Assembly: GCA_010093815.1 (NCBI GenBank)
Contig: ML996572.1
Source: Pseudovirgaria hyperparasitica
Taxonomy: Eukaryota
DNA length: 64,000 bases
Direction: 5' to 3' (one strand)
The position numbers and the translations under genes are program-made. The notes beneath the pieces were generated by a model that was not told where the DNA came from, searched no databases, and was given only the letters and a program-made list of their open reading frames with translations. Shown here in pieces: positions 51,327-63,521 of this stretch (the first letter of the stretch is position 1; each line of letters begins with the position of its first letter).

Positions 51327-53348
51327 TCACGCTGGTGGGGGTGGAGGTGGAGGCGGTTGATCGGACGGGGGCTAAGGTTCTCGTCAGCTTATCTGGTTTC
51401 TTTCCTATTTAGTCAGAAGCCTACCGGGGGAGGAGGGGCGTCATTCGGAGGGGGCGGTGGAGGAGAGCCCGCGCCATATGTCTGAAGAAGTTGTCCAAGA
51501 TTGGCCATGCCTGGAGGAGCGGTGGGCATACCAGGAGCACCCATACCAGGAGCACCATAGCCTCCTTGCTGTTGCTGTCCATAATTAGAGTAACCGTAAC
51601 CGTACTGCTCTTGCTGTTGAGCTTGAGCCCATGGAGCAGCAGAAGCCTGCGAAGGGGGAACATAAGCGCCGTATTGTTGGTCCTGACCGCCTCGACTCCC
51701 TCCAGCAGCCCAAGGAGGCGCGGCCGAGCCTGCACCCTCGCGGTCGTTTCCAGTACGGTTGGCCCATGGCGCAGAAGCACCAGTAGGACCTCTCTCCCAA
51801 GGCTTAAGATCGCGACCACCCTCTTGCTGGTTGTCGTAACCACCAGGGCCAGCTTCGATACGATTCTGACCTCCGGAGCCGCCGATAGCGCCACCACCAG
51901 ACAATTCTTGCATGAGCGACTCATATTCGCGATCGACAGCATCGCCACCACCGATGCGAGCAGGAGGTCGTCCGTTCAAGCCACCAGCAGGAGCACCTCT
52001 ATCGTCGTTCCGCCAATTGGCTCCACGTTGACGGTCAGGGCAATCACGAGCCATATGTCCGGCATTGCCACATACGCGACAAATGATATTCGCAGTAAAG
52101 TTCCGTTGCTCTGGGCAATCATATTTCCGGTGCCCGATTTGACCACAATTCTGACAAGCCTGATTTTCATCATCACGTAGAGTTCCGTTAAGAGCGGCGA
52201 GCTCACGCAGCTGATTCCGCTTAAGTTCATTCTGACCCTCGGGAATGGAAGCAGCCTGCATAATTAGCATGAAATCGAGAGTGAGTGAACAAATACTTAC
52301 AGTTTCGATGACATTGTGGATGAGTTTCTTCGCCTTATTGACCTTTTCTTCGGTATCGGCCATGATCAAACAATGCAAGTCTTCTTCCTGGTTGCTGGTG
52401 TGAGCGGCGTCAGATCGGCCCTTTCCTTCTTTCACGGAGCCTTTGCCACGAATTGCAATCTTGGCTTGGGATTCCGTTTCCATCTTCTTGAGAGTATTAC
52501 CACGCGGTCCAATGAGAAGTCCAACTATTAGTCGCAAAAAAGGCTGTGTTAGTCTGTGATCATATATGAAAAAATGTAATGGGACGCGTTAGTGCACAAT
52601 CATGCTGCATGTTAGGAGAACCTAGGTATGCACCATGATCGGGAAAGCAAAATGTAGGACAAAGGGAAAGGTTAGAAAGTGAGGGTTAGCAATCATACTG
52701 AAGTTAATCTCCGGATAATCATTGACCGGTACGTAGACCTTCTCTTGGGTCTTGGTCGGGCGTCTGTAGTCAGAAGGCGGATGGTAGTTAGGAATAACTT
52801 TCATAGCCTTCTCGATCAACTTGTGACGTTCGTCCTCCAAGCGCTTCCGGTATCGATATTCACGCGTGTTGACACGGCGACCGAAATTGTCGTATTGAGG
52901 CGGAGGGGATGGAGACCTGCGCTTGTCAGTATCTGCTTATGAGTAGAGGGAACATTGAGTTATAGACATACCTGTCCCCATCAGCTGGAACAACATCATT
53001 GATTCTGAGCTTCTCGCTGATCTCTTGAATGCGAAGATGCAAGGTGTACGCGTCAAGCTGTTCGCTAGTCATGTTAGACATGATAGCTGTTGGAAGACCC
53101 ATCAGGCCGGCCGCTTTGTTTTCTTGAGCATCACCCCATCGATTACGCTTCTTCCTGCGACGTGCACCTTCAAAGGCCTCATCGACTGTTGATTTGGGAA
53201 CGGGTTCAGGACTGCGACCGCGCTTCATGGACGGCTGAACCGGGTCGTAGCTATTGCTTTCGTTGCCTGTATTTTCGCTACCAAAGCGACGGCGATTCCC
53301 CAGAGGAACATTGTTCGAACCAGTGATGCCCTGATTTCTCCACGCCAT
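51327..53348 (-). CDS. MSL5: Branchpoint-bridging protein / splicing factor 1 (KH-QUA2 domain, two CCHC zinc knuckles, Pro-rich tail), 5 exons
   Basis: ULM motif [21 protein letters not shown] domain [19 protein letters not shown], knuckles [14 protein letters not shown] and [14 protein letters not shown]. Introns 52971..52917, 52698..52525, 52300..52256 and 51424..51372. Stop TGA 51327-51329. Confidence 0.97.
52525..52698 (-). promoter_or_regulatory. BBP intron 2 with clustered branchpoint motifs (putative autoregulatory element)
   Basis: 174-nt intron with NCTAAC at 52690-52685, 52676-52671, 52616-52611, 52593-52588 and 52553-52548, plus ACTAAT at 52532-52527. Confidence 0.65.
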
Positions 53349-53757
53349 GGTGATGATGTGAAGGAGAGATGAGGGTGAGAAGACGATGTTGTGGCAAGAA
53401 AACTAATTTCGAGGTTGCGGTCGATGGCAGGAGCAGGCAGGAGCGCACGCTAGCTCCTGAACTAGCGCGATCTTTGTTCTGCACGTGTTGGCGTGACTCC
53501 GCTAAAATGATTATCCGTAGCGGAGATTCAGAATGACCCATCAGGACGAAGTGCGAATAATTCTGACATCATCCCAAAGGCGCGTTGCGTGTTGCCAATC
53601 ATGCGTATGCGCCTGGTAGACCAGTGCCACGGCCAGACAACTATGATGATATAGCAATGGCCAATAGGATAGTATACGATTAGTGATACTCCTCGTTAAA
53701 AGACACTCTACTGCTCGAGACTATCCCATCATCTAGATACACTTGGCACTCTTGAAG

Positions 53758-54504
53758 ATGCCCCCAAATCTCGACCTCTATACCGACCAAACACCCAACG
53801 GCGTCAAGTCCACCATAACCCTCGAAGAACTTGATTTACCGTACAATGTCCACCACATCGACATCTCTACTAACGAGCAAAAAGAGCCGTGGTTCCTCGC
53901 CATTAATCCCAATGGTCGCATTCCTGCCTTGACGGACGTCGGCAGCGACGGCCAAGAGATCCGACTTTTCGAATCTGGTAGCCTGATGTTGTACCTGATC
54001 GAGCACTATGACCCTGAATACAAGATCTCGTATCAGAGGGGTAGCAGAGAGTACCACGAGATGCTCAACTGGCTATTCTTTCAAAACGCTGGCGTCGGAC
54101 CCATGCAAGGGCAGAGCAACCATTTCACGCGGTACGCGACAGAAAAGATCGAGTACGGAATCAACCGATACCAAACAGAAACTCGGCGCCTATACCGAGT
54201 GCTAGACAATCATTTGAAAGAGACCGACAATGATTACCTGGTAGGCAACAAGTTTACCATTGCGGACATAGCGCATTTTGGGTGGGTCGCTTGGGCGGGC
54301 TGGGCTGGTGTCGACAACAGGGAGTTTGAGTATTTGAAGAAGTGGGAAGAGAGGTGTGCGGCGCGGCCGGCGGTGGAGAAGGGGCGCAATATCCCTACAC
54401 CCGATAAGCTAAGAGATATTCTGAGCGACCCGAAGAAGACAGAGGAGTATGCACAGCATCATACGAAGTGGATACAGAAAGGGATGAAGGACGATAGTGC
54501 ATAA
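53758..54504 (+). CDS. Glutathione S-transferase, Ure2p/YfcG-like
   Basis: LYTDQTPNGVK, INPNGRIPAL, LFESGSLMLYL, WLFFQNAGVGPMQGQ and TIADIA. Single exon from ATG 53758. Confidence 0.95.
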   Translation: MPPNLDLYTDQTPNGVKSTITLEELDLPYNVHHIDISTNEQKEPWFLAINPNGRIPALTDVGSDGQEIRLFESGSLMLYLIEHYDPEYKISYQRGSREYHEMLNWLFFQNAGVGPMQGQSNHFTRYATEKIEYGINRYQTETRRLYRVLDNHLKETDNDYLVGNKFTIADIAHFGWVAWAGWAGVDNREFEYLKKWEERCAARPAVEKGRNIPTPDKLRDILSDPKKTEEYAQHHTKWIQKGMKDDSA

Positions 54505-55185
54505 GAGATAAGCGGGTAAATCAGTGTATGAAAACCGCATATATGTCCCATGATCCTGGGCTCCTTTGCTTAGCAGTTCAAGTATTTGCCTGTACAGCTA
54601 GACTCATCTCCGTCCTGCGATCATTCTTGGGAGTACTCAGCTTCATGACGATCAGTAACCCTTAGCTCCGCCATGCCCAGCGCCCGGGCTCTGTTAGTAA
54701 CTATACCTACTGCCTTCCGCCTACCCTTGGGTCTGACTAAGTTGTCCTTGTCGGCACTCGGTAATAGCGCTTTAGATACATTCACACCTGCATTCTGAAG
54801 AACATTCAAATCGAATTTCCAAATCAACATCGAATTGCTTCACACTGGTGTACCAATATCCGATCGAGGTCTCATTTCCTGAGCTTGATGCCAGCCCATT
54901 ACTAGTCTCATTTACTCATGTGTATGGCTCGCGATGCCACAGCCCCATCATATATCGCTAAAGTAGAGGCATCTAATTATTAGCCTGTGGTTTTTGACAG
55001 CCACGTAAACGGAATTTCTGGAATTTCTGGAATTCCTGCCTGACTAGGCAGTTCGACCTAGCGAGGAAGGGGTGGGGGCCCCTCATCTATCCCGCTCCAG
55101 CTGACCAACCCAACTTGACTTGACGCAATAACGCTCTGTTTACAGCTCCAGCGGTCGATGTAGTCTTGCTCTCTCAAAGATATTC

Positions 55186-57592
55186 ATGAGGTCTGCTGCA
55201 GAAGCTAGGTACGCGTGCCTCACTCCAAGGTTCATGTCTTATCCAGGCTAAGAAGCATCAGCCAAAGCTGGCAGCAACTCACTGAGATCAAGTCTCTTCC
55301 CGCGTTACGAGAAGCTGTCGACAAAGCCAATCCTGTCACTACAGAACTACGTTCGGTATGCTGGAAAGTGTTCCTGCTGTTCAAAAGTCTTGACCAGTCC
55401 GAATGGAAGACAACCCTCTCCGAATCGCGAAGTACTTATGATGCACTTCGAGCACACTTCCTCCGCGCCATACACAACCCTGATGAATTCGATACTGGAC
55501 CTGATCCGCTGAGCGAGACAGAAGAGGTATAATATTCTTTCCTGCAGCCTCCAGTGCTGAAGACTTGAGCTTGCAGGACATCTCGCTAAATATCGAAAAG
55601 TCGCCTTGGGTAGCTCTCCGCAAGGACGAGGCTCTCCGTACCGAGATATTCCAGGATGTAGAACGCTGCATGCCCGAGAACTCGTACTTTCGCGAGCCTG
55701 GGACTCAGAAAATGCTTGTTGATATACTTTTCATATACTGCAAATTGAACCCAGACGTGGGCTACAGACAGGGCATGCATGAAGTTCTGGCACCCATACT
55801 ATGGTCTATTGAAAGAGACGCCGTTGATCAGAGGACGATGTCATATGAGCTGTCAAGCCATGACGATTTGATACTATGTCTACTCGATTCCAAACAAATT
55901 GAGAACGACACGTTCACTCTCTTTGCTATTATAATGCAGACGGCCAAGTCGTTCTATGACCCAGGACCTGCCAACCCCAGCAATTCATTATCGACGACTG
56001 CAAATGAAACCGCTATGCTGCTGCGGGCGAAAAAAATCTTCGATGGCGACCTCGCAACTGTCGATCCGGAACTACATGACCACCTTCAGCAATTGGATAT
56101 AGTGCCTCAGATATATCTCATGTAAGCTACGAAAGCATGTCGCTTTAGATGGTGTAACTTATACTTCAGTAGGCGTTGGATTCGCCTACTTTTTGGACGA
56201 GAATTCCCATTTGATCAAGTCCTGAGCATTTGGGACCTCCTCTTTGCTGAGGATCCACAGCTTGAGCTCGTGGACTACATATCAGTTGCTATGCTTCTTC
56301 GAATACGCTGGGAACGTGCGTCTCTTGCTGCTCGTGACTCTCTTTTGGTACACATGAACTGATTCCATACAGTCATTGAGGCCGATACGAACATGGCCTT
56401 TACATTGCTTCTCCGGTATCCAGCTCCTGCCGAGTCAGCCACGATATTTGTGCAAGATGCCCTGAAATTGCGTGATAATCCAACAAGTGCAATCGCACAT
56501 GACATAGTCTTCGAACGAACGAAGCGATCGATGAATATATCAACTTTCATTATGCCCCCGCCTCGATCTCCGTCCACAAGGCCTCGTTCTCCTGCCAAGA
56601 CACCCGCAAGATTCGTGACCCATCCTGGCAGCCTCGAAGCCATGTTACAGAGTGCTGCCAAAGACGTCTATAGTCGGAGTCGGAAGATTGGTCTTAACAA
56701 AGCTGTACGAAACGCTGTTGGTGAAGTCAGAAAGAACATGCAGGATCTACAGACAAGCCTCACCAATCCTCGATCCTCCAGTGAAATTCGTGCTGAGCTT
56801 CCTGAGAACCAGTCCTCGATGCAACTCATAGCTAGGGTATCGGTGCTTGAGGAACGGAACAGGGAGCTCGCGAAGATGCTTCAATCCAGTGTCACCGAGC
56901 TGTGGGAATGTCAGGCTCACCGAGCTGAGAATACCAAAGACGGTGACAAGGACAAGGCTTCACTTGAAGCTCTAAGCAGCGCAATAGCCAAAGTCCAGTT
57001 CGTACAAATTTACCTGGACGATACATCTATACCCCTGCCTACATCTGACGCCGAAGTCATCAGCAGCCCGCCGAGTGGTCCACCCGCCCAACGGTCGCAA
57101 CTTCCGGTAGAAGACAAGATTGTTCCTGCGGGGCCTGTCATGTCTCAGACGCTCCCAAATTCGTCTACAACAATTGTTACACCGCCAGTATCAGGTTTAG
57201 CCCCCATCCCATTGTCACCAAAAGACAAGCCATTGTCTACAACGCCGAAAGATAAGCCATCACCAGCATCTCCACCGCCTCGTACTCGTCCGTCATTGGC
57301 TTCGAGTAATTTCTCTTGGATGCTATCACAAGACAGCCAGCCTTCTCGGACTTTCGCATTGACGACGTCCCCGCATAGTGGGCCTCCTGAGAAACGGAGC
57401 CATAGAGCTAACGCGTCGTTGACAGGGAAAGGGTTCTTGTTTGGAGACGAGGACGATGAAGGTGACGTGAAGGACGCCAGTAAGGGCAGGGCAGGGAAGC
57501 ACACGAAGGAGAGGAACAAGGGTGGAACGTACGACGAGGATGCGGACGAGGAGAGCATTGACTTGGGCGCACTTGGTGGCTCGGTGCGGTGA
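55186..57592 (+). CDS. TBC-domain Rab GTPase-activating protein (TBC1D5-like), about 5 exons
   Basis: First exon MRSAAEA, then intron 55209-55261. Motifs LRSVCWKVFL, arginine finger IFQDVERC, glutamine finger GYRQGMHEVLAP and RWIRLLFGREF. C-terminal coiled coil and Pro-rich tail. Confidence 0.92.
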
Positions 57593-57717
57593 CAGCGACG
57601 ATACATCTTACACTCAGGCCCTCGGTTGGAGCCGTGTAGCGTGCATCAGTATTTACTATTTCAGTGACATTCAATGATACTATTCTGCAGATCGCAGTCT
57701 ACCCCAGTCATTGTCAT

Positions 57718-59157
57718 CTATCTAACGCTCCTCCTCAGTCCCATGAGCCCCTTCTTTGTCGCCGTTGCTGGGCTCTTCTCCTCTAACCTTTCCGACTCCT
57801 CCCCAGCAGCTTGCTGCACGCCTGTCTCCATATCCTCGACAGGCCACCCCCGCGCCTTTCGCTCTTCCTTCCCAATCGCCACGCCCTCTATTTTCTTCAC
57901 TTTTTTGCCCTCTTGAAATATCATCAGTCCGCCCATTGCAGCGACGATACATGCTAACCCAACAAATAAGCCAGTTGACCAACTTGGTCTGTCGTATCGG
58001 TTTAGGCCCCACATAAAGCCTGAAAGAACGGTTTGGAGGAACGTATTCCATATGTTCATCCACACGACCCAGTCCATCTTCCACGGCTTTGTCGACGGTG
58101 CACGCACGCCTGTGAGTGGTGGCGTAGGCGCTTTCGTCGCGGGGATCGGGACAGCAAAACTCTCGGTATCCAATTCACCAATATTGTCCTGACTGCCAAC
58201 AAGTCTATACCAGTCTCTGTGAATCCCTGCCAACCGTCTGATCCCGCTCTCTTTCTTGCCGACGCGCCAGACGAACCACCAGTAGAGATCGCGAAACCGC
58301 CACGGCGCGAGTCCAAAGCCAGTCACACAGAATAAGGCATTGAGGATCTGACTGTCGATCTCGATCCAGATGCGACGAGGGGAGTTGATGTCGTTGCATG
58401 AAGGGTGGCACATTGCGGGCGCGGCGTTGCAGAGGAGCAAAAATAGCATGCCGCCCCAAGCGACAATGTTGAGACCGTATACGGTGATGAGAAAGCCCGG
58501 GATCGTGATGACCCAGTGCAGGTAGGTGCGAAGGCCGATCATGAAGGAGGTGGTCCAGGGAAGGGGCGGAGGCTCGGTCCATGAGGTTTGGGGAGATATG
58601 GAGGATTCAAGGTCTGTTGCGACGATGCTTTTGGAAGATACATTAGGTGCGTCTGCTGCGCTGTCAAGGTGTGTATGAGCGGCAGTGCTGAGGTCCGAGG
58701 GCTCTTCTCTAAGCGGAGGAAAGACATCAAGTTTTGTGCCAATCGTTGGACTCGCAGGAGGCGCGTTTACGGAGGCGCCGCTGCGTGCGCGTATTCGATT
58801 TCCTGTTGAGTCTTCCGATGCACTGCTTCTCCTTTCTCTTCTTTGGGCAGCCTCGTTCCAGCCCTCGGTACCAAATGATCCATGTCTTATGTCGGGTATC
58901 GTGGGTGCTTTTGAAGCAGCAGCTGCGGTGGCAGCGAGGAAGCCAGGCGGAAGGTCGGTATCAAGGAGTTTTGTAGCGCCGGACTTGATCGATGCTGCCG
59001 CTGAAGACGCTCTCGCTCTACGCGGCGAAACTGGAGATGTCTGGCCAGCATTTAAATCTGCTGATGTACGAGGGCTGGTTTGTCCTACGAGAGATGCCGC
59101 TGGTATATCGTCTGGCGCTGTAGGGAACGGCTCTGTCGTGTTTTTGGAAGACGACAT
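57718..59157 (-). CDS. DUF2985-family integral membrane protein
   Basis: 479-aa single-exon ORF with GFLITVYGLNIVAWGGMLFLLL, RRIWIEIDSQILNALFCVTGFGLAPWRFRDLY and NRYDRPSW. Confidence 0.88.
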   Translation of the reverse strand: MSSSKNTTEPFPTAPDDIPAASLVGQTSPRTSADLNAGQTSPVSPRRARASSAAASIKSGATKLLDTDLPPGFLAATAAAASKAPTIPDIRHGSFGTEGWNEAAQRRERRSSASEDSTGNRIRARSGASVNAPPASPTIGTKLDVFPPLREEPSDLSTAAHTHLDSAADAPNVSSKSIVATDLESSISPQTSWTEPPPLPWTTSFMIGLRTYLHWVITIPGFLITVYGLNIVAWGGMLFLLLCNAAPAMCHPSCNDINSPRRIWIEIDSQILNALFCVTGFGLAPWRFRDLYWWFVWRVGKKESGIRRLAGIHRDWYRLVGSQDNIGELDTESFAVPIPATKAPTPPLTGVRAPSTKPWKMDWVVWMNIWNTFLQTVLSGFMWGLNRYDRPSWSTGLFVGLACIVAAMGGLMIFQEGKKVKKIEGVAIGKEERKARGWPVEDMETGVQQAAGEESERLEEKSPATATKKGLMGLRRSVR

Positions 59158-59679
59158 GATTATAGAGGATCGGTAAAAATGTATATGTTGTCGCTGTATT
59201 TCCTAAGAATGTATGTTGGTATGGGAAGTTGGCAGTTCAACTTGTCGTGATTAAGCAAAACAAAGAGCGATTCCTGAAGTTTTAGGTCTTTGGGGAGGTT
59301 TTCAGCACCTAGCAATTGCACAGACGGACAAGGAAGGAGGTATCTGTGCTAGTATGTAAAACTGGTTCAGTGACATGCCAAAGAGAAAAGCTGCCATAAT
59401 TAAAGGCTCTTGGCTAGTCCCTTGAGGCGAATGAGACATCGAACCACGCAAGCATGGTGGCTATTGATTAGGGAAATGGATGAGCTTGTCCATGAAAGGT
59501 TAGAGCTGCAAAAGGCTTGGGGTTGATCCGCGTAGTGATCCATTCGTATCCGTGTTCGGCCCAACCCAGATCGAAGCCAAGTCATGACTCGGCGCGCCAA
59601 AATTATGAGTCCCTAACGTAGACGTCGGCACTGGTCGTAGACGTATAATACAGCAACCCGACACTTGAACACATTGACA

Positions 59680-60378
59680 ATGTCGCCGGCAATCACAAAG
59701 AATGCTGAATATGCCATATTGCCAGAATCTGCTGGTGTCACAAATTACATTCGAGACAATTTGGCAGCGCCAGAAGACTCTACAGACCACGTATTAGCTC
59801 TCCAAGTAATTCACAGCTTACGACACGAACACAATTGGACTGCGCTTGAACTCCATACGATATCTCCTTTATCGCCTTTTACTCTACTTCCACGTCCCCT
59901 GGTCTCGGGTCTCCCACCCCACAGATTGTACATGCACCCAGATGAGCAAATTGAGCTACTGAAAGAGGCAAAGAACCGCAAGAAGGATGCAGATGCAAAG
60001 ACGAAAGAAGGAGATGAGGACAACAAGGGAGCCGAGACTTCCAAAAAAAGAGTCGCAAAGTCTGGTCAGCCATCTGGCCTGGACTTGCAAGCTGAGCCTG
60101 AGCGCGAATGGGTGTTACCAACAAGATTGAATGAGAAATGGAGCCTCAGGCGCATGGCCGAGATATTCGACACAATAGGGATCATACCTCCTGAAAATGC
60201 TACGACGGATACACTCCAAGTTCAGAAAACTGGGCAGAAGACCACGGCTGAAGATGCAGCCTCGACGAAGAGCAAATGGAGGACATGCAAGAGAGTGCTG
60301 ATGGCTATTGTAGATCACGACAGCACGATCTCCTATTATATTGTGCAAGAGGGCCTTGTGAAACCACGACAAAACTGA
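59680..60378 (+). CDS. SEN15: tRNA-splicing endonuclease subunit Sen15
   Basis: LRHEHNWTAL, RPLVSGLPPHRLYMHPDEQI, EREWVLP and KRVLMAIVDHDSTISYYIVQEGLVKPRQN. Confidence 0.93.
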   Translation: MSPAITKNAEYAILPESAGVTNYIRDNLAAPEDSTDHVLALQVIHSLRHEHNWTALELHTISPLSPFTLLPRPLVSGLPPHRLYMHPDEQIELLKEAKNRKKDADAKTKEGDEDNKGAETSKKRVAKSGQPSGLDLQAEPEREWVLPTRLNEKWSLRRMAEIFDTIGIIPPENATTDTLQVQKTGQKTTAEDAASTKSKWRTCKRVLMAIVDHDSTISYYIVQEGLVKPRQN

Positions 60379-62953
60379 ACTGGATTTAAATATTTCAGCC
60401 ATGCGCAACTTGGACTGATACCCCTGGCATCACAGTGCGCAATATATGCGACAATGGCCGCTGGACATGGAAGACAATGACACTTTAGGGCTCTCGCGTT
60501 AGGAATATTGAGTATCTGTATGACGGATGACGCAGACATGGAACATTACCTGCTCCACTCACAGTGAGCCATCATGCCACTTTCGACCGAGGGGATAGCA
60601 GTCGCCCGTGATGTTCGCTTGAGCAAGTCTTGGTCATCACTACCGCTGGCTATTGTCTAGGCGATGGTGATGATGAACATACAAGCGGTTAGCCTGGATG
60701 ATACTTGGTAATGATTCATTCATGCAACCCTGTATGTGCTATCATGACTCTCCCATCTGTTCTACTCATACAGGGTTGCAATCACAACTCTCGCGGTGAG
60801 GAGGCTGCGCTTCGTACTTTTCTGGTACCTATTGAGGGCGAGACATAGCACGAGAAGAAGTCCTGGGAAGTCGACATTGCCGAGCATATATAATCCAGAC
60901 AATTATATCCGTGCCCATGGCTCAGAACTTTTTGGAGATGACGCCGCGTGAGTATTCGAGATTTCCTTAATTTTGCCTGCAGGCTGCAGATACTGCGAGT
61001 CGGCGCAGGGCCAGTGACTTTTTCTCCACCACCAAATCTTGTTATCAATTTCTCGGTAGTTGGGCGAAGCGCTAACTTCGTTGAGTGTCTGGGCATGAGC
61101 GTCGTAGTGTTTACGCTGCAAAATATACGCACTGGTCCTGCTATATACGTGTTCTACTATAAAGTCTCATATCGGCCACACGAGGGCTTCTGTAAGAAGG
61201 TTGCCATCGAAGCATGGAGCTTCTGTGTCATGACTACAGGCACTATAGCGCATCATATTGGTTAGACGGGAGAATTTGCTGCGAGATGAAGTATGAGATA
61301 TGCGAGGTTCTTGCCATTTTCTTGCAATTCAACTTTAAGAGCTTCCCGTCACAGCGTCATTATAAGACTACTTATATCAAAAGAGCATAGCGATTCTCGT
61401 TGGGCAGGCTCATCAACGACATGAATGGAAGTATATAGTAATAGTCGTCTCGTCTTGGCTGCAAGGTAGAGATATGTTCGTATGGTTCTCGGGGCCCATA
61501 ACGGGCTACAAGCGGTGACTGCCCAGCGTCCTACCAGCGATGACTTTCATTATTTCACGTCTTTCAACCATTTGTTTGAGCACCTATCTCTTACTTCTTA
61601 TCTCCTTCACTCTATACTGACATACACGTTATTCAAAACTAATGCCACCCAATCCTGTCGCCTTCCTAGCCCGATACGGCACAAAAACAGTAAAATTTCA
61701 CATTTGAGGTGCAAAAGGCCAAAACAAAACTCATATCGCGCGGATCGAACCGGAGCTCAATCGTTGGGGAACCGAGAAAGCCGTAACAAACTGCGCTTTT
61801 TTATCCTGTTGTGGGACCACTAAGCCATGGCCCCGAAGTATTGGTACTGATTGTACTTCACGTTGGATTTTTTATAAAGAGTGGAAGGGTGATGATAAGA
61901 GTGTAAAGGTGAGAGCTGGAATCTGGCCGAGCGGGGAGCATCAGTGACGTAGCGGTGCGCGTGCGCGTACGCGGAGACAATGTTGTGATAATAGTGTCGT
62001 TAGGCTTCGCGTGTGCAGGTGAAGCGGAACAAAGTTCTTGTGCACTGCTAACTCTGGAGAACCACGCCAACTTACTCGGTTCACGCATTCTCTACAAGCT
62101 ATCTCCAGTCTCCTCATGGATCGGCATCCCTAAGTGGAAAAGCAACGGTGTCGAGACATAGCAGTCTCAACTCGGTCAACGCGAAGACGGCAACGTCGCC
62201 CAAGCGTCTTCTTTGGAAGACAAGTCTCTCAAATACTTGCTCAGTACAGGCACTGCATGATGGAAGCGTGGAACGATGTGTATTGGGTGAACGACAGTTG
62301 TTGAATATGCTACACGCCTGCCCGCGTCGAACATCAGCACCATAACATTCCTCCCGGTGTACTATCATCCTTATCAACCTCTACGAAGCCATGGATTCAG
62401 CTCTCTACATGGTCTTTTCGGGTAATATGGGCTCCCTGCGTACCCACCACACCTACAAACTCGCGAGTTCTACGATGTCTCTCTGTATAGGCACCCACTT
62501 ACCATCATACACTGCCCAAAGCTTTGGCAATATGTTCACATCTTGAGCGCAATACAGGCCGATATCTTGGATCAGCCATCGTTGATTGGATACTTCGTAG
62601 CTACCGCTGCCTTTGTTTGGACAATGAGCGATCTGGTATAAATGACAACACCGTGCGACTGCAAAGCCGATTCTGTATATTGTGCAATGGACAAGTTTGC
62701 GACGCCAACAGGCCTTAATGAATTCCTTTGATTGTCCAATATGTGTGCATTAGTGATTTGTTCAACGAATCAATCACATGATGATCTCTCGTGGGCACAA
62801 GAAAGATGTTTCACTGATGTACATTTCAGCTCGTTCATACATTATAATCTACAATGATGTAAAGGAATGTTCGCGCTAAGGATCGACTATGCCATATGAT
62901 ACACATTCTATGCAACGCAATGCGCTATGCAAAACTCAAAACCCCGCATCAAA

Positions 62954-63385
62954 TTACTCCGCATCAATGACAATGGTAGTAGCGCTGGTCTGGTCGCATA
63001 CGTAATCGTTTGGTCCATTACCGCCAGCGTGGCAGTAGGTTGGCACATCACCCTCGCCGTAGTAACCAAATGCCGTGCCGAGCTCGTGGTAGATGCGGAG
63101 TCCAAACTCGGTGGTCTGGCCAGGGTAGAGTGCAAAGCGGTATTTGGTTTCGCCGCATGTGATGACGTCCGAGGGGAAGCCTGGAGTGCTGGCAGAGCAG
63201 TCGATGGCTGAGCCGTCGTTGCCGGAGAGCTTGAAACCGACGGCCTGGATGCCGTTATTCTTGCGCACGTACAAGTCGGCGATGTCAATGTTCTCGTAGC
63301 TGGTTGAGTCTCGGGCGGTGGAGCGAGTGGGTGCAGCTATGGCCAGGGCGGCGAAGAGCGAAGCGGAGGCTGCGAGAAATTGCAT
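62954..63385 (-). CDS. Alt a 1-like small secreted protein (AA1 family, related to PevD1/MoHrip1 elicitors)
   Basis: 143 aa with a signal peptide and 4 Cys. Motifs CGETKYRF, LRIYHELG and GEGDVPTYCHAGGNGPNDYVCDQ. Confidence 0.9.
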   Translation of the reverse strand: MQFLAASASLFAALAIAAPTRSTARDSTSYENIDIADLYVRKNNGIQAVGFKLSGNDGSAIDCSASTPGFPSDVITCGETKYRFALYPGQTTEFGLRIYHELGTAFGYYGEGDVPTYCHAGGNGPNDYVCDQTSATTIVIDAE

Positions 63386-63513
63386 GATGATGGTTGATGT
63401 TTGAGGTCGTTGGTTTGATGGTTGACGTTGTGAGTGGTTTGATTGTGTAGTAGTTGTTATAGTGTGCTTTGGTTGTTGATGAGATAGCTATGTAGGGGGC
63501 GGGATGCCCGTCA

Positions 63514-63521
63514 TATTTATA
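63514..63521 (-). promoter_or_regulatory. TATA box of the Alt a 1-like gene
   Basis: TATAAATA on the minus strand about 130 nt upstream of the ATG, followed by a CAA/CAT-rich leader. Confidence 0.6.

Noticed and set aside
51491..52180. 229-aa plus-strand ORF
   Set aside because: Antisense shadow of the BBP coding exon.
60780..61130. Minus-strand fragment MLGNVDFPGLLLVLCLAL, faintly like the signal peptide peptidase GxGD region
   Set aside because: The catalytic GxGD motif is absent and the fragment is flanked by stops; probably chance.
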